Part shown: one piece after another, positions 16,878-17,431 of the stretch
How the letters are laid out: the number at the start of each line of letters is the position of its first letter
Numbering within the stretch: position 1 is the first letter of the stretch
From: Leptospirales bacterium
GTDB taxonomy: Bacteria > Spirochaetota > Leptospiria > Turneriellales > JAOUFE01
Direction: 5' to 3'
DNA: 17,431 nt
Assembly: GCA_040326155.1 (NCBI GenBank)
Contig: JBEQLE010000084.1
Span: 1-17,431 of the forward strand
Position numbers and translations under genes: made by a program
Notes under the pieces: generated by a model
What the model saw: only the letters and a program-made list of their open reading frames with translations
Databases searched by the model: none
What the model was told of the DNA's origin: nothing

Positions 16878-17039
16878 AAATTCTCCATCGTCATATAAAA
16901 TAAAATCATATCGCTAAACCCACCTTAAAATAGCGAGCAGCCCTGAAAATTTCTTTTTTCCAGACTCAAGAGCAAACCAAGAATCAGGCCGGCGAAGTCC
17001 CGAGTATTTTAGTAGCGTAAAGGTAGTTTATTCCACATG

Positions 17040-17199
17040 TTCGCAGTGCGGAATGCGACCGAAGAAGTGGCGGGTAGGTTGTAGGGGGGCAGTGCCACAA
17101 ACTTGAACAGAGCTTGTAACCTACCGAAGAAACGGCTAGCGGCAGTGCCGTTTCGAGGCGGTGTCGCAAGCTTGAACAGAGCTTGTGACCACCGAAGAA
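17040..17199. repeat. GC-rich REP/BIME-like cluster of repeated hairpins
   Basis: Two 43-44 bp imperfect direct repeats (17088-17131, 17157-17199) with identical core CTTGAACAGAGCTTGT; ACCGAAGAA three times (17058, 17123, 17191); several inverted repeats. Confidence 0.75.
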
Positions 17200-17358
17200 C
17201 ATGGACCCAATTCGTGAATTTACAGGAAAGGTAGATATGCTGCATTTCAGGAAAATCTAATTATCTGATATTGAATTATACTACTCGACTTGGATCATTG
17301 CTGTGTTTGTACGAGCCCGGCGGGTCGAGTCAGCCCAGAAGGGCAGATAAAACCTGTT

Positions 17359-17431
17359 GAGGCTGTAGAATAAGGCTTGCAAAACCTATATAAAAGAATA
17401 AAATGGCATATGGCGAAATACAAAAACTCAG
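17359..17431 (+). mobile_element. Probable left end of an IS1182-family element with transposase start at 17410 (partial)
   Basis: GAGGCTGTAGAATAA terminus-like sequence, TTGCAA (17377-17382)-N16-TAAAAT (17399-17404) promoter, then ATG 17410 MAKYKNS; recalled resemblance to IS1182 ends and MA(R/K)YK transposase N-termini. Only 7 codons are visible. Confidence 0.5.

Noticed and set aside
17057..17199. CRISPR array
   Set aside because: Only two imperfect ~44 bp repeats plus a 9-bp partial; the spacers are themselves palindromic and share motifs with the repeats; no cas genes in the window.
16984..17245. ORFs 16984..17202 and 17009..17245 (minus) as proteins
   Set aside because: Their internal peptide repeats just mirror the DNA hairpin repeats; no RBS or recognisable domain.
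16880..17360. tRNA, tmRNA, RNase P, SRP RNA or known riboswitch
   Set aside because: No T-loop/CCA cloverleaf, GAGGAAAGTCC, or SRP tetraloop motif found by eye on either strand.

Overview
Bacterial chromosomal segment. Gene style and content suggest a spirochaete, perhaps Leptospiraceae-like (inference only). The housekeeping backbone is ybaB/ebfC (5'-partial)-recR; an ECF sigma factor with a DUF4349-type membrane anti-sigma candidate; membrane protein, MCP, cheW, ribD (minus); exported/membrane protein plus ArsR-methyltransferase fusion; LysM-M23 peptidase; pgk and a class I/II aminotransferase; efp and a TPR membrane protein. Two accessory zones hold most of the unexplained signal. (1) An AT-rich ~2.2 kb island after recR (~950-3120) holds remnants of three type II toxin-antitoxin modules (HigBA, RHH/PIN, BrnT-like/CopG-like). 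All three toxins are destroyed, two antitoxins are frameshifted and one RHH antitoxin is intact. The island also carries two degenerate attC-like half-sites in opposite orientation, and a ~155 bp structured non-coding element starting exactly at the PIN truncation that resembles a transposase-less IS110 left end (bridge-RNA-like). (2) Upstream of efp are a GC-rich cluster of repeated hairpins and the probable left end of an IS1182-family element at the window edge. All family assignments are by-eye motif recognition; no searches were run.
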